Positions 12,074 through 23,820 of a DNA stretch of 64,000 nt are shown piece after piece. The notes below the pieces were generated by a model that worked only from the letters and a program-made list of their open reading frames with translations, did no database searches and had not been told where the DNA came from. The translations under genes were made by a program, and so were the position numbers. The first letter of the stretch is position 1. Each line of letters begins with the position of its first letter. The DNA comes from Dimorphilus gyrociliatus (Eukaryota; Animalia; Annelida), in assembly GCA_904063045.1 (NCBI GenBank), contig CAJFCJ010000012.1, positions 868,001 to 932,000 on the forward strand, given 5' to 3'.

Positions 12074-13465
12074 TTAGAGCGGCTTCGGGTTCTTGACTGC
12101 CTTCTTCAGCGCGGTTTTGGTCGTGATGGGTGACACTTCGAGTAAATCCCATGTTGAAACATTCCCGTGATCCTTTAAAAAAAAACACGTCTAACCTGTC
12201 TCTTATAATTACAGAAGCTATGTTTAATTTACTTGTATTTGTACGCCTGCTAATTGTAAATCATCTCGTAATTCGTCACAAACTGATAAAAGTGGTCTCA
12301 TCTGTGTCTTATATTCCTTTTTAGTATCTTCGTCTTGTTTTTCTGTTATTAATTAAGATAGTCACGTATCTATTTTATGCAATTAAGCAAAAGGAATGAT
12401 ATATCTTATAAGCAATAAAAATTGATTTTATACAAACTCTTTGGTAGTGTCAATGCAAAATTTCTAATGTTACTTCTAAATTTAACGACACTTTCAACAA
12501 CATTATCGAAATTTCTTTCGATACCATCTTGTTGTTTCCTTTTCCTTGAAATCTCTATTCCAAATAAGTCCAAAATTCTTTGTACATATGCAACTATAGC
12601 GGCCACGACTGCCGGGCTTCTCGTATTAGCAGTTATCTATAATTCATTGGATGGAACTTAAATATTTAAGCTTTTCAATTACAGACTCGCAACATTCTAC
12701 AAACCTCAGTAACTAGTTTTTTACTTAATTGAGCATTTGTTATACGGATAAGGTCTTCCAGTGCTGTCAGAGCTCTTGGTGTATCAAAATCATCCGCCAG
12801 AGCCTTTTCTATTTTTGTTTGTGTTCCTGATAGGCTAAAAGGAAACATCAAAACCAATAGAAAGGAAATAATATAAAGGGTCAAAACTTACCACTCCCAA
12901 AGTACATTTTCATTTAACTGCTGACAAACCAATTGACCTTTAATATAGGCGTCAGCGTTATTGACAAATGAGGACCAGTAAGAATACAGACGAACTGCTT
13001 TCTCCATAGAAGCATCCGAGTATTCAATCGCTGGAAAGTGTTAAGTGCATTAAAATCTACTCGTTAAGCAGTAAGTGTATAAAACGCTCGTAAAGGCGTC
13101 ACGTATAATTAATTACAGCAACAAACTTACTCTGTTTGTAAGGCCTCATCATGCAAAACAGACGGAACTGATTAGCCGAATATTTCTGTAGTAGTTCTGC
13201 TATGCTAACCGTATTGTTTAATGACTTTGACATTTTTTCTGCATCATTTTTCAAATGTAAATGTCCTAGATGAAGCCAATAGTTTGTCCATTGCTCGTTA
13301 CAAAAGCAAGCCTCACTTTGAGCTATTTCATTTTCATGGTGGGGAAATCTGAACACATAGTTTTTTTATTAGAACTAAGAGATTAGAATAACTATAATAG
13401 ACTAAAAAAGTAATTTTAACCCAATAAAATAAAAAATAAATCTAGAAATATCATCATTAATATTG

Positions 13466-13497
<32 letters not shown>

Positions 13498-14710
13498 AAC
13501 TTGTCTTATTAGGCTTAAATCTAATAAGAAAATCCAATTTTTCTCTTAATGAATAAATGAAAAGAAAAAAAAAATATTTTTACCGTAGGTCATCACCACC
13601 GGAATGTAAATCAAGTTTTTCACCGAATACAGCGCTGTAAACATACATTTATTAAATACTATTCAGTTTGAAAGGCCGCCACTCTTACTTTGCCATTGTA
13701 GAACATTCTATATGCCACCCAGGTCTTCCGAGTCCCCATGGAGAATCCCAATATGGTTCGCCAGGTTTTGCTGCTTTCCATAATGCAAAATCTCTAGCGC
13801 TTTTCTTTTCTTTGTCAGCTAAAATGAAAAATTATAAAGATATAGCGGCGAAAGTAATAGCCCTTTTTTTGCATACCAGATTCCCTTATTTCTGTATCCA
13901 TCTTATGGGTCCATAATTTTCCATATCTCCCATAAGCATTCACATCAAAATAAACAGACCCGTCAACAGTTCTATAGGCGTAACCGTTGCACATTATTTG
14001 ATTAATGAAGGATATTATTTGAGGTATATGTTCTGTAACTCTTGTCGATACTGTGGGTGGAATTACTTTTAACTTAGTTAGGTCCCTCCAAAATTCACTT
14101 TCAAATTGTCTTGCTAAACGTAAGTAAGTTATCCCTAACTGAAAATTTCAATATCAGAAATATAAATAATGTTAGTTAATTTTGCTTCTATTAGTATTTT
14201 ATGATATACTTCATTTGATTTTCTAATTAATTTATCATCGATGTCAGTAATACCAAGTACCATAATTATATCCAAGGTGAACATATTAATCATTATTCGG
14301 CGTATAACATCTGTTCTTATATACGCACTATAATGGGAAAACTTTTAATAATATCAGTTTAATTTTGAATGAATTTCAAAAAGTAACCTGGCATGTCCAA
14401 TATGTGCATGGTCGTAAACCGTCGGACCGCATGAATACCAGGTAGCTATTCTTCCTCTTGGTAAAATTAGGGCTTCTTTCCGTCTAGTGACGCTATTAAA
14501 CATCTTGATGCCAGTATCGAAACCTTCCGGTTTATGCCAAACTACATCACGATCTTCATGCTTGTATATAGGTTTTTTGTGTTTAACTTGCTGTTTTGCG
14601 CTTTCATTGACACTATTTGGTGCGCTTGCAGTATTACGGTAAGTCCTAATCGAAGGTCTAATGTTCTGCAATATTCTTGCCCTTGTACAATTTCCGCAAA
14701 CGAAAGACAT
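12074..14710 (-). CDS. CARS2: Cysteinyl-tRNA synthetase, mitochondrial type (multi-exon)
   Basis: [18 protein letters not shown] (HIGH), [37 protein letters not shown]; presequence-like N-terminus; last exon [11 protein letters not shown]...KPL* with stop at 12074-12076. Confidence 0.95.
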
Positions 14711-15043
14711 TGCTTCTCATTGATAAATTACCAAATATCGCGTTAAATCAAACTATAAAAAGAGAGAAATTTAAAATTTTATTGCGAATTTGACTCCATA
14801 GACAGTATTATCCCGGTAATTTTCCATTCTCCTAAATTAGAACAACTGGATCTGTGTTCCACCTTATAAATGGCTGAAACATGTCAAAGTTAAAAAGAGG
14901 TATACCTACTTAAATCGTAAAGAATTTAGTCCAGTCTGCAAATCTTAGAATTTGTGCGCACTAGAAACCATATTTCTTTCATAAACAAATATGGCTGCCT
15001 CACATGTTTGAAACAGACAAAATTTTACGAAAGAAAAATTACA

Positions 15044-16224
15044 ATGCCCACTGATACTAAGCGTTTACCAGTCCCTGAAACGTCGATATGTCCATCGACA
15101 TTAATCGAAGACATTTCTGCCAAAAAATTGCCTTTGGTAAGAGGCATTTTTCAATAAATCTAGGCTTTTGTATTATCGCTCAACATACATTTTTGGCAGA
15201 TTTCCAACAACAAACGTCGAGACGATCGACTCTGTACTCAATTACGTCATGTTTGTATGTAAACAAAATATAATTGACTGCTTTTTCGGTTCAGAAAATT
15301 GATCTCTTTTAAACAGACGCAAAACTCAAAGTTATCTCACAAGCCCAGGGCTCGGCATATATTGAAATAGGTAATACAAAGGTGATTTGTTCAGTTTACG
15401 GCCCAAGGGAAGTTAAGAAAAGAGATGAATTTTCAATGGATGGACAATTATGTTGTGATTTTAAATTTGCAACGTTTTCATGTCCTCAAAGAAGGAGCCA
15501 TTTAAGCGATAATGAAGAAAAAGAGCTTTCACAGCAGTTGTTAAACGCATTGTCTCCAGCAGTTTGTTTAGTAAGTCAATGTGAATTCCTCTTTTATTTT
15601 TTTCTAAAAGTTCACGTTTCTCGATAAATAGAACAAATTCCCAAAAGCCAGGGTGGAAATATTTGCTTTGGTTTTAGAGAATGATGGAAGTGGTGGGTTC
15701 TTATATTTCCTCTAAGAATATTATATTATTTATATTAAAAATTTTCCTTTATTTAGCCTTTTCTGCTGCAATTAATTGTGCATCGCTGGCTCTTGTAGAC
15801 GCATCAATAGAATTATATGACATTCCTGTTGCAGCATGCGTCGTATGTATAATAACATTTTATCTATTTTCTTATTTATCGATATCCTTTAAAGAGATAT
15901 GATGGAGTAAATTTAATTGTCGATCCACAATTGAACGAAGAATATTCACATCAAGAAAGTAATTTATCTGAGGAAAATGGCCAGGTTCTAGTTGCGTATT
16001 TACCTGTTCTAAAACAGATATCAGCTTTAAATCACGTGGGCTGCCTAAGTAGTAAAGTATTAAATCAAGTACGTTGGATTGTCTAACGGATAACTTTACT
16101 GTTCGTTTAATTAATATACTTTTTGTTTGAATAGTCGATGAAACTCTGCATAGAAGCTACACAAAAGATGCATACTATATTTCAAGAATGTATAAAAGAG
16201 AAAGTTAAATCGATTATGGATTAA
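15044..16224 (+). CDS. EXOSC6: Exosome complex RNase PH-like subunit MTR3 (multi-exon)
   Basis: MPTDTKRLPVPE start; SQAQGSAYIEIGNTKVICSVYGPRE; DFKFATFSCPQRR; EIFALVLENDGS; SAAINCASLALVDASIELYD; stop 16222-16224. Confidence 0.9.
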
Positions 16225-18152
16225 TCAGATAATTAGTTATCAATTTTTTCCCTAATCTTTGAAAGATTTTTAATAAAAAGCAACAGATTTGTAAATATTA
16301 ATAAATACAAATATGCTGCCTGTTATTTATAAAACTAAATTGTAGAGATTGTTTCTTTTCGTTGCGTTTTCCTAATAACAACCTTCCTTAAAGGGGAAAA
16401 ATACTAATTAGAGATATGAAACAGTACACTGAATCTTAATGATGGCCTATCTGTCCTTATGCTAAGTATGTATATAGTTGAGTTTACTTTGCGCATTACA
16501 GCTAGAAAGCATACATTTTGCTCGATAAATAAATCTGTTTTTGCTATATAATTTATTTCAGACTTGTGTTTCCACTATCCCTAAAATAATTCATCAATAC
16601 ATTGATGATTGTTAAAAATAATCAATATTGTAGCACCAATATTACCATTTCGATTTATAACCACGTAGGCGTTAGAGCTAACTTTTGTATAAATAGAGCT
16701 AAATCCGCTGAACATGACATTCTAATTTCAAGGCGAATAAAGAGGAAGTAAAAAACTTTTATTTTAAAACCATATTCGTTCAATGTCTTGCTTAGTTATC
16801 GTTTAGGATTTCAAATGCATACGTATAATAGTAATTATTTTTTGATCAGCAGATACAGGTGCAGTTTTATTGTTATTCTGTTCAATAGTCGCTTATTTAC
16901 TTCCTAGCACTTAAAGAGTTGCAAATATTTGGTCCATTTATACCTTTCAGTGGTCCAAATTCATGTCAAGTAAAATAAATAGTGAAATGCAGCGCAGGTA
17001 TTAATGAAAAAAGGGTTGCATCTTTTTATCTGTAAGCAGCTAGAATGAACAAATAGGCCTTCATCACTGTAATTCTCCAAAACGAGAAATTACGCCTATA
17101 CATAGAATTGTTACCGGCTATTCCTTTATCAGGTTCTATCTAAATTGTTTGCGATGGATTGTCAAACATATTATATACAGTATATAAAAGAATAAATAGG
17201 GTTGTTATATATGATTGATAGTTGAAACCCCTTAATTGGAGAGAAAAAAATTGAATTAACTCTTAAGCAAGGAATATTTTTTAATTGATTATTTCATGTT
17301 ATTAATGAGAACATTTTCAATTTTAATAAAATTTTGATGGATTATTCCATTTAAAAGCTTGTCTTATAAAATGAATTGATCCAACTCTCAACCTTTTCCA
17401 TTTTTTTTCATTATTTTTTTACGATTGCGAAAAAGCCGCTTAAATATAAAAATAAAGAGAGAAATGAAAAAAAAAAGTAAGAACAAATACAACATTAAAG
17501 TAGAATTTTTTTATTTAAAAGCTTTATTCTATCTTGATAGAAATAAGATAAATTTTCGTGTTATCAGAGATAAAAAGAACTTTCGAAGTAAAAATGCGTT
17601 AAAACACAAATAGATTATTAATTTTGAATAAAGTAGTTAGTAAACAAGTTTAAAATTTGTTTGTACAAATACAGAAGGATATAGTTTCTTTCTGAAATAT
17701 AATTCTTTATTTTCGTCTCTTTTTATAGAATATTAATAAAAATTTATTTAAAATGGAGATTTAAAAGTAATGAACACATATACAATCATTATTATAACAA
17801 CTAATTAAGCTATGCAGTTACGAAACTGCTATTGTATTAATTAACACTAATTACTGACGGATTTTTCCTTGGTACGTAATGTCTGCTATTCTTAGAAGAG
17901 AAAGAATAAAACATTATCCTGTTAGAGACAAGTTTTATTAATATAATGAGAAATTTGTAATTAATATTAATATAATCATTAATATGTAGGATATTTAAAG
18001 AAAAATTCATGTTATTTTTGCAATATCTTATTCTGTAAAATTATTTCTCATCGCATTCGAATAAAGTCTGAAAGGGGATTTCCAAAATATTCCTAGTTTT
18101 CTTTTCTATTCAGAATTACACTGTATGTCAGATCAACACTGGCTTGAAAATA

Positions 18153-18947
18153 ATGACAAAAATGAGCGGAAATGATAAGAAAGATGTCCAGTTTTGTAAT
18201 AATGGTTCTCATCCTATACTTGCTTCAAGAGATGGAAGTTTATCTGTGAAGAGAAAAGCAGACAATGGTGATAAGATAGAAGCAAGATGCGATTTTCTAA
18301 CTAGTCGAAGTTCAACAGGAGAGACAGTATTGCATAAAGCAGTTAGAATGAATAATTTGTGTTATGCAAAAAAGCTACTATCAATGTATTCTACCCAGTT
18401 GGTAAACATTTTCAACTACAATAGGGAAACGCCCTTACATATCTCAGTAAAGCTTCTTAAAGAAGAAATGACTACTTTGCTTATTAGATATAATGCAAAT
18501 GTGAATGCAATGGATCTTAAGGGAAGAACACCTTTTACTCTTTGCTTTCTGTTGGGTAGCAGGGAAATGTTTCGTTTGTTTCTAAACAGTGGAAAAAAAA
18601 TATCATTTGACATAACTGATTTTGATGGAAATCCACCATTACATCTGGCGTTTGTGAATGATCATAAGGAACTTGTACTAGACATTCTCCAATCAACAAG
18701 GGAATTTAATTTAAATGATTATAATAGAAAGTGTGGAAGTACTATTGTTCACTTAGTAGCAGAGTCAAATGATTCCTCTTTTATGAATAAATTGATCAGG
18801 TCGAATCCACAAATCAATATAAATATGCGGAACTTTGCTGGATATACTCCATGCGAGGTTGCAAAAGGGCGAAATTTTTCTAAAATGGCTGATTTATTAG
18901 GTAAGTACACAGCACTGGAAACTGTAGTGGATAATGACTCTGAATAG
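18153..18947 (+). CDS. Intronless six-ankyrin-repeat protein, IkB/cactus-like layout
   Basis: Six ankyrin repeats (GETVLH, RETPLH, GRTPFT, GNPPLH, CGSTIVH, GYTPCE) and short acidic tail ETVVDNDSE; first ATG at 18153. Confidence 0.85.
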   Translation: MTKMSGNDKKDVQFCNNGSHPILASRDGSLSVKRKADNGDKIEARCDFLTSRSSTGETVLHKAVRMNNLCYAKKLLSMYSTQLVNIFNYNRETPLHISVKLLKEEMTTLLIRYNANVNAMDLKGRTPFTLCFLLGSREMFRLFLNSGKKISFDITDFDGNPPLHLAFVNDHKELVLDILQSTREFNLNDYNRKCGSTIVHLVAESNDSSFMNKLIRSNPQININMRNFAGYTPCEVAKGRNFSKMADLLGKYTALETVVDNDSE

Positions 18948-19473
18948 CAATCCCATGATAAATTTCTACCCATAGTCGTATAAATATGCAATAGACGACA
19001 TGTAGCATTTATAAATATGACAATGGATATGTGAAGATTCAAGCTATTAGTTTACACATTTTTACAAGAACTCTTATCGCTGCTATTCATTGAGTGGCTC
19101 CATCTGTTTTGTATAGTATGGATCTCTCTAGTGGTACTTTTTCAGTTGGTCTTTGCAAACTATACAAAAGACTCTAAATTTTTGGACTCAGTAATAAAAG
19201 CAGGCTATTATAGCAATAATGTTCATTATTCTTATATTGTATAATACATGGTTATACTATGTTTATCATCACTTAATTATTTAAATTATTCGGAAAATGA
19301 AAAATCAGTAATAAACAGTTAATTTATTCCTAGTTGATTGTAAAGAAAAACAAAACAACCTTCTAATCTAAACATGAAGAAATAGCAGATAGAGTTAAAT
19401 TGAGTTATTGTTACTTTTTTCTATCTTTATCTTTTCTTCTTTATATATTTTTTCTATTACTCTTTTTCTACCT

Positions 19474-19477
<4 letters not shown>

Positions 19478-19514
<37 letters not shown>
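19478..19514. repeat. (CT)n microsatellite
   Basis: About 18 consecutive CT units; similar (TA)n, (GA)n, (CA)n tracts at ~1246-1270, 6650-6730, 53975-54005, 56275-56370. Confidence 0.95.
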
Positions 19515-19519
<5 letters not shown>

Positions 19520-20386
19520 CCTCTTTCTTTCCTTCCTTCTTTCTTTCCTTGTAAAGGAAGATATAGTATACAGTATTTCAAATAAACTATTCTCTTATTG
19601 TTCTATAAAACGACCTTATTTCACACCAAACAAAGTTTTAGATAAGAAACAACAACTTCTCTTCTCAGGTCCCATATTTATTTACGCACTTATTCTACTT
19701 CTTTGCTTGCAATATTTCCTAAATATATTTAAAACAATTTATAAAGAATTTTATCAATACTTAATAGATTTTTTGTTAATTATTCTTTCTTTATCCTTTT
19801 CCTTTTTTCCCTTTTGGAATTTATTCACTAATCCCTTTTTTTCAACTTTCTCCTTGTCTTTGTCTTTCTTCTGTTAGTTATCATTTGCTTTCTTTTTTAA
19901 TCCCTCTTTCACAAAAAAAAGAAAATGAAGCAGATAGGGAGAACAAGAAATAAAAGAGATAGGGAGAGAAGGGTGAGGAAAAGAAATCTAATTATAATCC
20001 ATAAGTAGGCCTAACTAAATAGAGAGGATAAAACTAATCTGCGAATAGTTGAATTTTAGCGGGTGTATTATCTCACTCGTTTTCTTAAGTCTTAAATTTC
20101 TGAAAGCGTCTATCTAATGCCTTCCAGTATTCTTTATCTGGTGTTTATTTCTTCTTCTCTTCTCTTCCTTATATTCAAAGTGCTTCAACAAACGATCGCG
20201 TTTGATAAAATGTATAATTTAATATAGATTAGGATACTAATAAAATGTAAATAAAACTGTAAATTAAAAAGTGTGTGTCAAATAAACAAAGTCTTCCTTC
20301 GTAAATTTAATTTGCAGTAAGATAAACAGGGTGTTTAAAAGGCGCAAAAGAATGGTCAATGCTTTTCAAACTTAAGTTGATCGTTG

Positions 20387-20415
20387 ATTGGCTCTGATTT
20401 GGGTAGAGGCGGGGC
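20387..20415 (+). promoter_or_regulatory. Inverted CCAAT box and GC box upstream of Alx
   Basis: ATTGG at 20387 and GAGGCGGGGC at 20406-20415, 60-90 nt before the ATG; motif match only. Confidence 0.45.
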
Positions 20416-20474
20416 TGGATTCACAAAGTCGGCGCAATGGCTGTAGATAGTTTAGATAAAAGATAAGGTGTGGC

Positions 20475-22975
20475 ATGTCTGAGAGAGATTCTAGGCACTC
20501 GATCAAAGATATTCTGGGTGAAGGAAACATGGATAGTCCGATAGAAGAGACTGGTTTGGAGGCTACAGAGGATGTTGGTGACGATGAGATTTCTAAAAGG
20601 AAGAAGAGACGTAATCGAACTACTTTTACAAGTTTTCAATTGGAAGAGATGGAACGAATTTTTCAAAAGACACATTATCCTGACGTTTACGCACGAGAAC
20701 AACTCGCTAGCAGGTGTAATCTTACTGAAGCAAGAGTTCAGGTAGGCCAAATGAAAACTTCAATGTTAAATTCCTGAAATTTGTAGTTCGTTTTTTTACT
20801 AACTTTGTAAAAAAAGATTTGTTCATCGATTACTTACAACCTAGTTAATATTAATTGGTCTTACTGAACCGAACTTCCTTATATTTGGTTTTCGAGAGTC
20901 GAAGGTCAGTGAAGGAAAACACCCTATCGCATAAACATTACATTATACGTTTTGTAGATTGGAGAGGTGGCGTAACCAATTGAAATGAGGCATAAATCTA
21001 TTAAACTATACACATAGGTCTACAATTCAACAGTAATTTACGTATGAGCATATGTATTTTTATTCTGAAATCGGTATACAGCTGTGGATTTTACACTTAG
21101 ACTAACGTAACGTCTTATCAGCATTTGCACATATGTTCACCAAACACGCTGTGCGGACTGGTCGGTCTTTGCTGACAGATAAAAGATGCTCTTATCACAT
21201 AATGAGATTATAGAAGATATTGCAAGTCGAGTGAATCCAATTTAAGAAAAATTCTTACCGTAATGTGTTTGTACGATAATCATAAGGTCATTTGTGATTA
21301 CGTAATCCCGTAAGAAACTCCCGTAATGATGAGGGATAAATGGCTTATTATATTCTAATTTAGATTCTGATTCCATATTTAGTTACCCTTAAGAATTTAT
21401 TAATTTTCGTTTCATTTCAATTAAAAGAAAAGCATATTACTGTGGCTAATTTATGCAGTTTTTTCATTAGTACGATATTTTGTATGCATCCCCAGTAGTT
21501 CTGCGATAAGCAAGAAACACTAAGTAGAAACGTTTAAGATACCATCAACAAAATATAAGGATGATTATTTTAAACAATATACTAAATAAGCCCTTGAAAA
21601 CATGACCAATTATGTAGATGACATGTTTGTTTTAGCGTTTCGGATTTCGTAGCATCTGTTTATTTTAGTACAAGCAGCATCTCTAATTCCTGCTCGGTTC
21701 GCTTCTTTATTTATGTTTAATTGACTGATAATTACCTTCTACACCTGCCTTTTATTACGTATTCGCTGCGTGCTTACTTGAGAATAAACACGTGGCAAAC
21801 TGACGAATCGTAAAAAAGCCTAACTAAACCTGACAATGTTTGTTCAAAACCTATAAAATAAAGATGTACGTAAAGTCTTCAACAAAGAGTTTAAATAGAA
21901 TCAATCCAAGTATTTCTAGTTTTCTTATTAACCAATAAATATGAAAGAATTATTTGAAAGGATGGTCAATTTATTAGACCATATGCATTGCTACAATTCT
22001 CAAATGCGTGCATACTGTCAGATTTAATCTCATCTCAACTTCCTGATCTTTGTTAATTGAATTAAGATGGTTAGTTTGGCATACTGCCATTGTTTAGAAA
22101 AGGGTTCTCTATTGGCTTTCGTATGCTTTCTATATGGAGAATTTCTCACGTGATTCTATTATATAAAAAAGAAACGTCTATAAATTGTTTACGTAAAGAA
22201 CAGTTCAAAACGAATTTTATATATTTATCTCTATCGAAAATCTATTTGAAGCAAAAGCGTTGATATTATGAATGTAAGTAGCGTCCGAAACCTCTTGACC
22301 CGGCTGCATGGCATATCAGTGTCTGCATGCCCCGGGGATCAATTCGAGTCGAGCGTCGTCTGTCTTTGGAGAAAAAATGCGTTAATTGACACTCGTTTAC
22401 AATTTAATTAACTATTTGTTTGTCATTTAAAATAGATCTCTTATCAATTAAAACAACTCCTTATCAATAAAAAACTAGAGGTGGTATAATGTCTTATTTA
22501 TATACCTTGTTATACATAGGTCTGGTTTCAAAATAGAAGAGCAAAGTGGAGAAAAAGAGAACGATTTTCTCAGATTCAGGTTAGTATAATTTAGAGTATT
22601 TGAACATTTATTTCTTTAAATGGTGCTAATAAATTAAATAATTTAAAGGTTATGAGAAATATGGCAGCCGCAGCCGCTGCTGCAGTAGCCTCGGCACCAT
22701 CATACCCAGATATGACGGCTCAATCGACCCCCTGGTTAAGTTCTAGTTCCAATATAGATACCCAGGCTCCATTTATTGCCGGTCTGCAGCATAGTAATCC
22801 GCTACAACATAATGCTGTTGCTCTACAACATCATTTTCTGGCAGAGGAGAACGAAAGGTCGTCGAATTCTCTTGCAGCATTGAGGATGAAAGCACGAGAG
22901 CATTCTACTCAACACATAGTCTCGCCAGCTCATTTAAAATACCACCTGTGGCACCCGAATAAGCTACAAGTTTAA
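20475..22975 (+). CDS. Alx: Aristaless-related paired-class (Q50) homeobox protein, Alx family; exons 20475-20741, 22520-22579, 22649-22975
   Basis: HSIKDILG octapeptide/eh1; [36 protein letters not shown]...EARVQ|[16 protein letters not shown] matches Alx1/4-type homeodomains; OAR motif [16 protein letters not shown]. Confidence 0.9.
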
Positions 22976-23820
22976 AATATTTTGTAGATATACCAAGAAT
23001 TTGCTTCTAAAGGAGAAGCTATGAAATTAAGTAAGAATTATTATTAAGCATAATATAGCAGCTTTTCTGAATTATATAAATGTGTCACATATATATATAT
23101 ATATATAAATATTACATAAGACTTTTCTTATTTCATTACGGTATATAAAAACTTGGATATTGATTTTTTTGGAGTTTTTTTCGAATAAAACAATAATGTA
23201 TACTAATGTAAATACTTGTACATGACTTTAGTAAATGTGTTACCCGGAAATGGTTATATCAATTCAATAAAGAAAGAAAATTTGCTATTTCCATACGGAA
23301 CGTCATGATAGCATTTTACCGTGGATAGGCTAAGGAAAATAAAGAAAATATAAAAAAGACAAGCTGTTAAGTGCAGAACATCGACAATCTGCCGAACATA
23401 TGCCCGGCATGCCGCCGAGCGTGTACACTATTTATTCAGTTGCTTGTCTTTCTTGCTTACCGACCGATCCCTATGGGATGTCGCGCTCTTTTATCTCCTA
23501 TTTAAAACATGCCAAATTATCCGACCGTCTGATGGGAACCATCTATAAACAATTTATAGTTTTCTTTCTAAATCTTTCTCAAGAGTACCGATGGTGATCA
23601 ATATCCATTTTAAAATTTCCGCGCAATTTATTACCAGTTTTTATCATATCAGAACTTAAGGTCACGGACAATAGGCGAATCTAAACTTGCCTGAATCAGG
23701 CCTGTGATATAAAATAAGAAGTGACGTAAGCGATCAATAATATTGCATATTAAGCTCAAAGTATATATAAGCGAGTGAACGAGCAGTACAGCAGTAGACA
23801 TTCGAACAGCTCTTGTGAAT

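Noticed and set aside
18945-18983. TAG-CAA leaky context at the ankyrin gene stop
   Set aside because: Only 11 codons to the next stop and no downstream stem; expected by chance.
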